Shown here: positions 52,987-62,162 of the stretch, in pieces
Layout of the letters: each line of letters begins with the position of its first letter
Numbering within the stretch: position 1 is the first letter of the stretch
Assembly: GCA_016926985.1 (NCBI GenBank)
Contig: JAFGNO010000192.1
Span: forward strand, 1 to 62,218
Direction of reading: 5' to 3'
Origin: Anaerolineae bacterium
GTDB lineage: Bacteria > Chloroflexota > Anaerolineae > Aggregatilineales > UBA3940
DNA: 62,218 bases
The notes under the pieces: generated by a model
The model's input: the letters and a program-made list of their open reading frames with translations, nothing else
Told to the model about the DNA's origin: nothing
The model's database searches: none
Program-made: the position numbers and the translations under genes

Positions 52987-55900
52987 TCAGGGCGATTGAA
53001 TGGTATCTTCTGGCAGCGTATAGCGAAGTATTCGCCCGTTTGCCGTATCGACAACAAACATCCTGCCAGAAGCAATATCCACAGCGATTGACCCGGCCTG
53101 GCCGATGTTCGTGAAATCACCGAAGCTGTACAGGTACTGCCCCTGGCTGCTGAAGACCAGCACACGGGAGGCATCGGGGTCAGTGACATATACGCGCCCG
53201 TAGGCATCTACATCCAGGTAGGGGCGTTCATTGCTCTGGGCGTACCAGGCTTCGACCAACCATTGCCTGATGAACAGCCCATCCCTGGTGAACACCTGGA
53301 TGCGCTGGTTCCAGGTATCAGCAACATACAGGAAGCCGTCGGGGCCAAAGGCCAGCCCTGCAGGCTCATCAAGCTGCCCATCCAATCCCCCACCAACCCC
53401 GATCTGTCGGATGTAATTGCCCTGTGGGTCATAGACCATAATTCGCTTGTTGCCTGTGTCGGAAAGATATACATCACCCTCCAAATCTACAGCGATTGCG
53501 CGGGGGCCCCAGAGTGCGCTTGTGTCATTTGGTATGCCGGCGCCCTCATATCCCCACGCTAGCAGGTAATCACCGTTGCTGGCATAGGCACTGACCCGGT
53601 GGTTCCACGTGTCAGCGATGTAGAGGCTTCCGGTGGGTGCGGATGCCACATCCCAGGGTTCGTTTAATGCTCCTGTTGCGATGGAACGGATATACGCCCC
53701 ATCTGCATTAAAAACGGCAATCTGGTGGTTGTTTGAATCGGCGACATAGATCAGACCATCCGCCCCAAGTGATATACCATGCGGGCGGTTGAGGAATCCT
53801 TGGCCAAACGACAGGTCGGGAACCAGCACCCGTTCGCCCTCAGCGTAGGGGTCAATTGCATCTGCTATCTCGCTGGCAACCACACCGTAATCCCATACAA
53901 GGGCGAACACATCTTTCCGGATATATAAGCGCATGCGGTCCGGCACAGGCCAGTTGCCCAGGCTGAAGTCAGGGCGATAACCGTCCCGGTATTTCATGAC
54001 GGCGTCAGCGTAGGTTTCATAGTTGCGGCTGTAGAAGATATCCCACAGCCCGCGTTGAAGCTCGGGGTCATTCAGGATATCCCTTAACTTGCTAATTAAG
54101 TCAGATGGATCGTCGTAGCCGAAGTAGTCCTGCATTGGCCAGACCATGCGGATATAGTCAAATTGATAGTACCTGTCGCCGATAAGTGCTTCGACTTTAG
54201 ACCAGTTAGCTGAACCGGCGACAATGACCGGCGCATCTCCGATCAGCCCGCGTGAGGGTTGTTCACCGAAGTAAATCTGGTTGTAGTAATTTCGGAAATA
54301 CCATGACATGGGCCACGACATGCGGTTGTCATATGCTACCCGCAGGCCGAGATCGCCGGTTGTTGTGTAGGAGATTTCCTCAATTTGCTCCAGGACATCC
54401 TTTACTGCCCGGTTGGAATGAGCGTAAACCAGGAACTCGTTGGCGTAGTCATAGTTGACAAAACTGGCCAGGAAGGCCGAGCGGGCGGTCAGGAAGCTTA
54501 ACCATCCCACCACAAACAGTCCCAGTAACCTGAGCACCTGGGTCAAGCGTATTCTTCCAGACAAATGGTAGATCAGCAGCGCCAGACAGCCGATCAACAC
54601 CAGTGCTGCAGCAATCCAGACGCCGGTGGCGCTGAGATCGCTTACTGTCTTGCCACTGAATACGGGGGTCTGGTATGTCACCGGGACGACCGTGTTGCAG
54701 AGCACGTTTCGGGGCCATCTGGTGCAGCCAGGACCAAAGATGCTGAGCAGGGCGGCGGTCATCACTGGCACAAGAACAATGAGGAGCCAGCCGCGTTTTT
54801 CCCACAGGTCTCGCCAATTGATCCGCTCAATGGCGCGGCCAACCAGCCAGGCACCAATCAGGATCATTGGCGTGGTCAGGTGGGTGGTCAGCCAGGGCAT
54901 TTTTTCGCCGGCGATGCTGTAAGCAATGAGGTTGATCAGGGCCCAGTATCCTGTGAATAACAGGACCGGGAATCGAATCGGGGCAAGGAGGTCAAGATAT
55001 TTGAATCTGGCGCCATTGCTTGGCAGGCCAGCTTCGGCCTCACCATTGCCCGGCCATAAAGAGCGTATGAGTGAGCGCAGGCCGGCTGCCAGCCCGACCC
55101 CACCCGCAGCCGTTGTAAGAAGGGCGGGCATAAATTCGTACATTGGTATCTGGATGAGGATATAGTAATACCAGGGTTGGCCTCCGCGCTCAACTTCCTG
55201 CTGGGCAAGCCAGTAGCCCAGCGATCCAACGATCCCCGTCCCCAGTCCGTTCCCGTTGGTAAACATCGTCGTGAAAAAGAAGACAAATATCAGCCAGAAT
55301 GCACCCCCTAATCCAAGCCACCGGCTGCTCAGGAACGCCGTGATCCAGTCAAGGGGATCGGGTTGAACCTCTATGGTCTGCGTTTCCGGGTCATATCTGT
55401 CACCCAGGTCGGCGATCTCCTCTTCAGACAGCAGGTCGGGGGCAGGAAACTGCCGGTTTCTGGGCGGCTGCATAAACTGCGCCATCCCGATCACTACGCT
55501 TGCGACAAACAAGGGGAGGGTAAATGAGATCCCTCGGGCCACACCTGTTTCTGTGGCATCCATTGGATCAAAACCAGCAAAGTGGATCAGGAATGGGGAG
55601 AGCATGGGCAGAATCAGGCTGCCCATTGTGATGGCCACATCAAGTTCTGGAAACTGCCGCAGGTTCCTCCATTGGCCTACCAGAACAGACAGGATGGCAA
55701 CCAAGACCGATGCGCCAGCAATTGCTACTGCATAGGTCATCTCAGCAGAGAGATCGGTCGGTTCCCCTTCTTCAGCCAGGGGCATTTCCATGTCTGGATC
55801 AAGGGGGACCATGGTCTCCGCTATCTCTTCCTCGCTGGCCATTGCGGCGGCCCTGATCTCTGCGTAGCGCATGATCATGATGGCCGAACCTGCCAACAGG

Positions 55901-56607
55901 CCGACCACAATGCTTCCAACGAAAACCGACCGAAGTGTTTTGTTTTGCCACTTCACATCGATCAGCCGCGTGATCCAGAAAACAGTCAGGAAACTCCCAA
56001 AGATCGCAACATAGATAAAGGATACCTCTTTTGAGGCGAATAAGATCGCCTGCGCTATAGCCATAATGACTAGGTATTTGAACTTCCTCTCCTCAATATA
56101 GCGCCATATCATCAGGGCCATAACCATTGCGGCGAGGATAGCCGGGATATCATGCCGGATATACCGTGAGTAATACAGGATCATGGGGGAAATAAGGAAG
56201 AATACCGAAGCTGCCAGCGACCCGAATTGACCCAGCCATTTCTTTAACAAAATCGGGAACATGACAATGATGACGCCCAGCACAGCCGGGTAAATTCTTG
56301 AGCTGAAATCGTTATCGCCAAAAAGCAGGTAGCTCAGTGCAACCATGTGAAATAACAAAGGCCCGTGCATCATTGGTGTGTGGGAAAACCCATCGCCCCG
56401 GTACAGGTTCCACGAGTATTTGGTGTGCAGGCTCTCATCATGGCTCATAACCCGTGCACCAAGGTCCCAGAATCGGGTAATGATCGCAACGGCAAAGATG
56501 ATCAGGTAGGCGATACGTTCTCCATCCAGATAAATGAGCCTTTGTAATCTGTTATCAATAGAGCTTATCGTCTGAGAGATGGGGTGAGCGGAGTTGTTTT
56601 CTGCCAT
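52987..56607 (-). CDS. TIGR03663-family polytopic membrane protein (PMT/GT-C-like N-terminus) fused to a six-bladed NHL-repeat propeller
   Basis: 1206 aa. The invariant DE (SHDESLH, nt 56434-56439) and HGP (MMHGPLLF, nt 56359-56367) of TIGR03663 are present. It has about 20 predicted TM helices. The C-terminal 276 aa hold six units of the type YVAD(S/T)(W/N)N(H/Q)RI.VF...G. Confidence 0.75.
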   Translation of the reverse strand: MAENNSAHPISQTISSIDNRLQRLIYLDGERIAYLIIFAVAIITRFWDLGARVMSHDESLHTKYSWNLYRGDGFSHTPMMHGPLLFHMVALSYLLFGDNDFSSRIYPAVLGVIIVMFPILLKKWLGQFGSLAASVFFLISPMILYYSRYIRHDIPAILAAMVMALMIWRYIEERKFKYLVIMAIAQAILFASKEVSFIYVAIFGSFLTVFWITRLIDVKWQNKTLRSVFVGSIVVGLLAGSAIMIMRYAEIRAAAMASEEEIAETMVPLDPDMEMPLAEEGEPTDLSAEMTYAVAIAGASVLVAILSVLVGQWRNLRQFPELDVAITMGSLILPMLSPFLIHFAGFDPMDATETGVARGISFTLPLFVASVVIGMAQFMQPPRNRQFPAPDLLSEEEIADLGDRYDPETQTIEVQPDPLDWITAFLSSRWLGLGGAFWLIFVFFFTTMFTNGNGLGTGIVGSLGYWLAQQEVERGGQPWYYYILIQIPMYEFMPALLTTAAGGVGLAAGLRSLIRSLWPGNGEAEAGLPSNGARFKYLDLLAPIRFPVLLFTGYWALINLIAYSIAGEKMPWLTTHLTTPMILIGAWLVGRAIERINWRDLWEKRGWLLIVLVPVMTAALLSIFGPGCTRWPRNVLCNTVVPVTYQTPVFSGKTVSDLSATGVWIAAALVLIGCLALLIYHLSGRIRLTQVLRLLGLFVVGWLSFLTARSAFLASFVNYDYANEFLVYAHSNRAVKDVLEQIEEISYTTTGDLGLRVAYDNRMSWPMSWYFRNYYNQIYFGEQPSRGLIGDAPVIVAGSANWSKVEALIGDRYYQFDYIRMVWPMQDYFGYDDPSDLISKLRDILNDPELQRGLWDIFYSRNYETYADAVMKYRDGYRPDFSLGNWPVPDRMRLYIRKDVFALVWDYGVVASEIADAIDPYAEGERVLVPDLSFGQGFLNRPHGISLGADGLIYVADSNNHQIAVFNADGAYIRSIATGALNEPWDVASAPTGSLYIADTWNHRVSAYASNGDYLLAWGYEGAGIPNDTSALWGPRAIAVDLEGDVYLSDTGNKRIMVYDPQGNYIRQIGVGGGLDGQLDEPAGLAFGPDGFLYVADTWNQRIQVFTRDGLFIRQWLVEAWYAQSNERPYLDVDAYGRVYVTDPDASRVLVFSSQGQYLYSFGDFTNIGQAGSIAVDIASGRMFVVDTANGRILRYTLPEDTIQSP

Positions 56608-56618
56608 AAGACCGAGCC

Positions 56619-57185
56619 TTATAAGTCATTTGCCGGGCAGCATGCCGGCGGTGCCTGGGGCAAAGGGGTTGGATTTGCGACAAAGAGCGGATGCGGTTCA
56701 GTTGCCGTGACCAGCGCGGGCATAACCGCTGCTCCCGGGACAGTTGTGGTGCGGTTTTCAATATCGGCTGTGATGATAGGTATCGCCACGAATTCAATTT
56801 CCTGAGCGGCGGAGGGGATGACACTGAGCCTGTCTGGCTGTCCACCAGATAGTGCCTGGCAAGAAAGCATCGGTATCATGAGTGCCAGCAGGCTGACTGC
56901 CACCGGGATTGCTCTCAATAATGGCGACAGGGCATCTGATCGAATCTGCCTGAGACAGGCCTGTTTCCACAAAGATTGGATCAGGTTTTCGGGCATCACC
57001 CGGCTCTTGCGCAGGGTCAATCTCAGGTCCTGGCTCATACGTTCATATCCGGATAGCGTGCTCCGGCAACCGTCACAGGACCAGGTATGTTCCAGCATCG
57101 CTTTTTCCTGGGGCTGTGATAGCTGTCTGGAGATATATGCCGTTAGCATATGGCGTACATGGTCTTCACTATTTCTTTTATTCAT
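56619..57185 (-). CDS. Zinc-binding (ZAS-type) anti-sigma factor, single-pass membrane protein
   Basis: 188 aa from MNKRNSEDHV. It has the H-x3-C-x2-C motif LEHTWSCDGC (nt 57066-57089) and the TM helix LLRAIPVAVSLLALMIPML. Its ATG overlaps the sigma-factor stop by 8 nt. The longer track ORF to 57452 is antisense-free but runs through the sigma gene. Confidence 0.75.
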   Translation of the reverse strand: MNKRNSEDHVRHMLTAYISRQLSQPQEKAMLEHTWSCDGCRSTLSGYERMSQDLRLTLRKSRVMPENLIQSLWKQACLRQIRSDALSPLLRAIPVAVSLLALMIPMLSCQALSGGQPDRLSVIPSAAQEIEFVAIPIITADIENRTTTVPGAAVMPALVTATEPHPLFVANPTPLPQAPPACCPANDL

Positions 57186-57768
57186 GTCGAAAAACACTCT
57201 CAAGCAGTGAGTCGCGCTGATCAACCAGCAGGTTATAGAGCGCCTTATGGGCCAGGCGGACGCGTGATTCTGCCGTTTTTTGTGGGCACCGAAGGACATC
57301 GGCCATCTCACGGTAGGTAAGTCCGTCGAAATAGCGCAGCACAACCGCCACGCGCAGTTTTGGATTGAGTCTGCCAAGTGCTTCCAGTACAGCAGCCTGA
57401 ACTCCTGCTTGCTCGGCAAGCATATCGGGCTGCTGCCCTTTTCCACGCACAATATCGCCCAGGTCGGCCAGGCGGACGGTGGGCAGCCACTTTCGCCGCC
57501 GCTTATTGCGGCATCTGCTCATCGTAATGGTATACAGCCATGTCTTGAATGCGCTGAGAGACGGATCGTAGCGATCGAGTGTTCGGAAAACATAGGCAAA
57601 GCTGTCTTGGACAACTTCCTCGGCATCCTTTTCATTCAGCAGCACGCCACAAGCCAGCCGGTACACCATCTGGACATGCTGCCGGTAAAGCGCCTCGCAG
57701 GCTTGCTCGTTGCCCGCCCTCGCTTTTTCTATGAGATTAAGAAGAGAATCTTGTTCTGTAGTGGCCAT
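57178..57768 (-). CDS. ECF (group IV) sigma-70 family RNA polymerase sigma factor
   Basis: 196 aa. It has region 2 (VYRLACGVLLNEKDAEEVVQDSFAYVF...YDP...FKTWLYTI) and region 4 (VVLRYFDGLTYREMADVLRCPQKTAESRV). The start is at the ATG at 57768, or at the GTG one codon earlier. Confidence 0.88.
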   Translation of the reverse strand: MATTEQDSLLNLIEKARAGNEQACEALYRQHVQMVYRLACGVLLNEKDAEEVVQDSFAYVFRTLDRYDPSLSAFKTWLYTITMSRCRNKRRRKWLPTVRLADLGDIVRGKGQQPDMLAEQAGVQAAVLEALGRLNPKLRVAVVLRYFDGLTYREMADVLRCPQKTAESRVRLAHKALYNLLVDQRDSLLESVFRHE

Positions 57769-57810
57769 CACTGTTTATACACAATCAGGATGAGATATCC
57801 TCAGCGAATG

Positions 57811-59631
57811 TCACCGCTCTGGTACGCCGCCAGCCTGCACCAGCCGGAAAATATCCTCGCGCACCCACAAAATCACGCGGTCTTCTGTGGCTGGCAAAGG
57901 GGGCGTCCGGTATATAAGCCATATCAGGTAATCAGTGAGGCTTAAACTGGTGGGCTTCCAGTATCTGTGAATCACAAAGTCCTGGCCGACGTAACTGGAA
58001 CCCAGGTAAGGATTCTCCTGAGTCGGGCGGGTCACAACAAGCACAGTGTCGATGTCTGGGCTGGGCGCGTTTACATAGGTCACCCGGTTATAGGCGCGCA
58101 GTTCCCAGGCGACGGTGCTGTCAACCAATTCGGTTGTAATGCCGATATCGTAAGGGTACCCGGTGGTCAGTTTCCCAATTTCCTCTATGGTATCCCCCAA
58201 CATATCGAGGCCAGCCTGGGATGCTCTTGAATTGATTGGTTCGTAGGGATTGCCCACACCGGGGAAAGCCAGTTTGACGCTCTGTCCGGTCATCACCGCT
58301 ATACCGATTAAGATAAACGCCAGGCCTGTTCCCTTAATGGCCGTCCGTTGTCCCCATATACTCAGAATGCTGAACAAAAGGATGGCCAGCAGCAGCAGCC
58401 AGAGAATGGCCAACAGGAGGTCCACCGGGATATGGAAGCTTGCTTCTTCGGGCGGCGCATTAACCGGGAAGGGAATCGTATAAGGGGATCGGATATGCTG
58501 GATAAACCCGGCGAAGATCATCGCAGCCAGGCCTGTTATCCCGGTTACCTGGGCTGCCAGTGTCCACCAGGGACAATCCCACTTCAGGTCCAGCAGGCTT
58601 CCTATCGCTGAAGCGGCCATCACCGCCAGGGGGATCACCACCCACAGGGCATGTGAGGGTGTGGCTCCCTGGTATAACAGGGAAATTGCCAGCGCTGACA
58701 ATGTCCAGCCTCCTGCGATCCGCATCCAGGGGCGGGTGGATTGCAGGGCTGACCAGGTGCCTATAAGGCCCATTACGGATAGAAACGGTTCATAGAGTAC
58801 TAAAGCATACAGAGGTGAAATCGTTTCAGGGAGGCGATGGGCAAGGCCGTTGATAAACCGGGCGATCAGATCGGCTGCATCTCCCAGCCTGCCAGGCGAG
58901 ATAAAAAACACGGTGCTGACCAGGAAAAAACTGGCCGCAAAACCGGCAGCAAATAATCCCCAGTTGACCGACCTGAGGAATAGCTTGACCTGTTCTGATG
59001 TAAGCTGGCCTTCATCATCGGTCGCATAGGCATAAAGCCCACCCAGACCGCCAGCGATAGCTGGCAGCAGGAGTGTGTAATCAGCTGTTGCTGCCGCTCC
59101 CAATGATGCCCCGGCAAAGAGGATAAGCCAGCCCATTCTTTGTCTTGCATAATGCTCGAACAGGGTAAGGGCGACAAAGAAAAGGGTCACAGCCAGGGCT
59201 ATTCCGTCAGCTTGCCGGGCCGTGAATACGGCAATTGGAGACAGGGCCAGTATGGCCATCATACTCAGCGCAGGCAACCCGCCAATCTTGGAGCGGTACA
59301 GGAGAGGGAGCATCACCAGTCCCATGCTGCCAGCTGCAGACCAGAACCGGAGTGCCGCCCGGGAGGTCATTCCCAGCGCCATGCTCAGGCTGGTCAGCGC
59401 ATACAACAGGGGGGAGTGGGCGGTGAAGGTTGGCGCCGTGCTGTCATGAACGAGGTCCCAGGCTGCCATTGCCGTATCGGCTTCTTCGATGCTGAAGGGA
59501 CGAGAATCCAGAGCAATAAACCGAAGAAAAAGGCTGACAATCAGCAGTGTGACAACGATCGCTGTTTCAGTTGAGATCGCCAGTCGACCATCCCTTCGTG
59601 TGCTCAGGCGGGCCTGTATTGATGCGTTCAT
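57811..59631 (-). CDS. Polytopic membrane protein, divergent TIGR03663/GT-C-like paralogue
   Basis: 606 aa with more than 12 TM helices. The N-terminal LRFIALDSRPFSIEEADTAMAAW...AHSPLLYAL aligns with the DE/HGP region of the 1206-aa protein, but has EE and HSP instead. Its ATG overlaps the upstream stop (ATGA). Confidence 0.5.
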   Translation of the reverse strand: MNASIQARLSTRRDGRLAISTETAIVVTLLIVSLFLRFIALDSRPFSIEEADTAMAAWDLVHDSTAPTFTAHSPLLYALTSLSMALGMTSRAALRFWSAAGSMGLVMLPLLYRSKIGGLPALSMMAILALSPIAVFTARQADGIALAVTLFFVALTLFEHYARQRMGWLILFAGASLGAAATADYTLLLPAIAGGLGGLYAYATDDEGQLTSEQVKLFLRSVNWGLFAAGFAASFFLVSTVFFISPGRLGDAADLIARFINGLAHRLPETISPLYALVLYEPFLSVMGLIGTWSALQSTRPWMRIAGGWTLSALAISLLYQGATPSHALWVVIPLAVMAASAIGSLLDLKWDCPWWTLAAQVTGITGLAAMIFAGFIQHIRSPYTIPFPVNAPPEEASFHIPVDLLLAILWLLLLAILLFSILSIWGQRTAIKGTGLAFILIGIAVMTGQSVKLAFPGVGNPYEPINSRASQAGLDMLGDTIEEIGKLTTGYPYDIGITTELVDSTVAWELRAYNRVTYVNAPSPDIDTVLVVTRPTQENPYLGSSYVGQDFVIHRYWKPTSLSLTDYLIWLIYRTPPLPATEDRVILWVREDIFRLVQAGGVPER

Positions 59632-62162
59632 TCCGTATCCTTAACCAGCGGCTGGTCTGCCCGGTAAATTATCACACCATCATTTCGGTACACGGTGGTC
59701 AGAAAATCATCAAATTTGGCGATGCCTGCTGCTGGCGCATAATTCGGATCGCGTTCCAGTGACCCGACAAAGATATACGTAATCCGGTACTGTTCAATCA
59801 ACTCGCGGGCGCGGGCAGCATTCAATGTGCTGTAGATTTCCTGAACATCGGCCACCCGGCTGCCTGCAAATTCGGTATATGCAGGGCCTCGCCATTGCCC
59901 CTCGTGTCCGGGCCAGCCCATCAATGTGGGGATACCGGTTACGCTTGAGACACGGGCGTAATAGGTATACGAACCACCAATCGCCTCCAAAACAATGTCA
60001 TCCGGTGCTGCGTTCTCCATCAACCACAGCATGCCGCCGTAATCCTCAGGATACCGCCGCCGGATCCAGTCAGTGCCATCCAGGGTAGGGGGTTGCTCGT
60101 CTGCTGCGCGCAGCGAGTCCCGCGATACACCCGGTATTGCCAGAACTGTGTACACCAATCCTGCGGCAATCAGCAGGCCGGCGGCGGACCCGAAAACCAG
60201 GCGAATCCTCCCCCTGCGCTCAATGAGCAGGTTGATCAGGCCATAGCCAGATGCCGTCCCCAGAAGGATCCATGCGGCGAAGTAGAACTTGAAAATTGTG
60301 TTCATCCGCTGCCCGAAGTTGTCGCGGAGATAGAGGAATTCAGGCCCAAGGATCAAAAGCACCGCCGTTGCAATCAGCAGCAGGCTGAAAAGCGTTGAGC
60401 GTGAGAGATTGCTCTGTGTTTCCTCTGTATAGGGTTGCTTGACCAGCAGGGCAATGCACCCCGCCAGGAGAAGCGCCATCACCAATGGCGTTATTGGATG
60501 GGCCAGTCTGTAGAAAATGGTTGTTTGTACAGCCTCAGGGACCAGCGCCGCGATTTCTTCTGTTGTCAGGCCTTCAGTGACATACCCGGCGGTGTTAACT
60601 GCAAAGGTCATTACTCCTGGATCCTGCCTTACGGCGACAGCACTCAACACCACAGTGAACGCTATCAACACAGCAAGCAGGCCAACGCTGGCAGTTACGC
60701 CGGTGGCCCAGTCAGTCTGCTTTCGGTGGTGAACAGCCAGGTCAATGACCAACCAACCGGCAATGAACAGCAGCGGGCCAAACATAACAAAAAGCTGGTG
60801 GAAGCGTGTGGCAAACAGGGCATTGGGCAGGATGCCGCCAGCCTGTGAGCCAAAACTGATGTACCAGGGCAAATACGCCAGAATGCCGGCAAATAAAATG
60901 ATGGCAGCCGTTCCGGTTGGCTTGAGCAGGGCGAGGACGCCCGGTTTGCTGCTGCGCTGGGCTGCTGCCAGGACAAGTGCCCCCAGCAGGATAAACAGAT
61001 AGATAGGCAGGTCCCAGGTATTGAGGAAGGCCAACCCACCAAATACGAGGATATAAACGGCTGCTTGAACGGGCTGCAGTGACTGCTTCTGGTTGAGCGC
61101 GTTAAAAGCCAGAACCAGGGCCATGATCACAAAGGCGACTGCCAGCACGTGGGGGTGCATATCGCCCAACAAAAAGCTGAAGGCGGGAAATTCATCGATG
61201 GGCTGGACCCCACTTGAAATGCCGCCCGCACCCCGGTCATGGATGACCCTGGAAGCCCGGAACCACCACCAGAATCGCCAGGTGCTGGGTGGCCAGACCC
61301 GCGCAGAGAATGCTTGGTCCATGTCGATGATATCCAGCCAGGCCCAGAACTGGGCGCCAAAAGGTCGCAAGGCAAGCGAGCGGATAAGCTCCAGCAGGCC
61401 GGCCAGGTTACCCATGAGTACGACCAGTACAGGCCCTACAAGCGAGGCCAGCACTGGCAGGGATTTCTTGTTTGTTAATGTCTTCTCCTGGAAGTGCGCA
61501 GCAGCCAGGTTATAGACTAGCCCGTAGCTGTTTACCACGGTCAGCGCAAACAGCAGCGCAATTCCCAGGTTGAATGCAGTTCCGGTGGCGGTCGCAGTCA
61601 GGTCAGCAACTATTGCGATGATCACATAGCCAAAATAGTAATAGCTGATCGCGTATCCGCTGAGCCACGGATCGCGCGGTGGAAACGCAGGGCTGTTTCT
61701 CACCCCATTGAGAAAAGCCAGCTCCATGAGCTTTTCGGTGTAAAACACGTGGGGATTATATGCGCGAACGAGCACCCAACCGGCAAATGCGGCAGCAAAA
61801 ACAAGCTCCACCACCGCAACCAGTAATAGATGCTCGCGAAGCCACTCGCCGGGGCACCCTGACGTCTGGTTGGATCGCCTGTAGATAATTATGACCAAAA
61901 CAGTGACCAGCAGCAGGATGAACATCATTCCACCGAGCGAGTTGTTCAGCAGGCCCAGCGACGCCAGCAGCCAGTACAGGTAACCGGTCAGCAGCAGGCC
62001 GAACGTTCGGCTGATAGCATAGCCTCTGTCGGGCAGCCCTGGCAGCAGCCGGAAGGCCAGTGGAAAGACAAGCCATCCCAGCGCAGTGATCAGGAGATAC
62101 CAGCTAATTGCAGAAAGCATTGGTTGACCTATCATAAGTGTCAACTTAAGCACAAGAGACAA
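59628..62162 (-). CDS. DUF2298 / TIGR03662 Chlor_Arch_YYY-family polytopic membrane protein
   Basis: 844 aa and very hydrophobic. The family-defining YYYxG motif is present as SYYYFG (nt 61635-61643). The track start is a TTG at 62162; ATGs at 62135 or 62120 are alternatives. Confidence 0.75.
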   Translation of the reverse strand: MSLVLKLTLMIGQPMLSAISWYLLITALGWLVFPLAFRLLPGLPDRGYAISRTFGLLLTGYLYWLLASLGLLNNSLGGMMFILLLVTVLVIIIYRRSNQTSGCPGEWLREHLLLVAVVELVFAAAFAGWVLVRAYNPHVFYTEKLMELAFLNGVRNSPAFPPRDPWLSGYAISYYYFGYVIIAIVADLTATATGTAFNLGIALLFALTVVNSYGLVYNLAAAHFQEKTLTNKKSLPVLASLVGPVLVVLMGNLAGLLELIRSLALRPFGAQFWAWLDIIDMDQAFSARVWPPSTWRFWWWFRASRVIHDRGAGGISSGVQPIDEFPAFSFLLGDMHPHVLAVAFVIMALVLAFNALNQKQSLQPVQAAVYILVFGGLAFLNTWDLPIYLFILLGALVLAAAQRSSKPGVLALLKPTGTAAIILFAGILAYLPWYISFGSQAGGILPNALFATRFHQLFVMFGPLLFIAGWLVIDLAVHHRKQTDWATGVTASVGLLAVLIAFTVVLSAVAVRQDPGVMTFAVNTAGYVTEGLTTEEIAALVPEAVQTTIFYRLAHPITPLVMALLLAGCIALLVKQPYTEETQSNLSRSTLFSLLLIATAVLLILGPEFLYLRDNFGQRMNTIFKFYFAAWILLGTASGYGLINLLIERRGRIRLVFGSAAGLLIAAGLVYTVLAIPGVSRDSLRAADEQPPTLDGTDWIRRRYPEDYGGMLWLMENAAPDDIVLEAIGGSYTYYARVSSVTGIPTLMGWPGHEGQWRGPAYTEFAGSRVADVQEIYSTLNAARARELIEQYRITYIFVGSLERDPNYAPAAGIAKFDDFLTTVYRNDGVIIYRADQPLVKDTE

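Noticed and set aside
57769-57779. Leaderless geometry for the ECF sigma gene (TATAAA 5 nt before the ATG).
   Set aside because: No -35 or extended -10 support exists, and the spacing is short. The gene may simply be read through from the upstream gene, so I kept it only as a remark.
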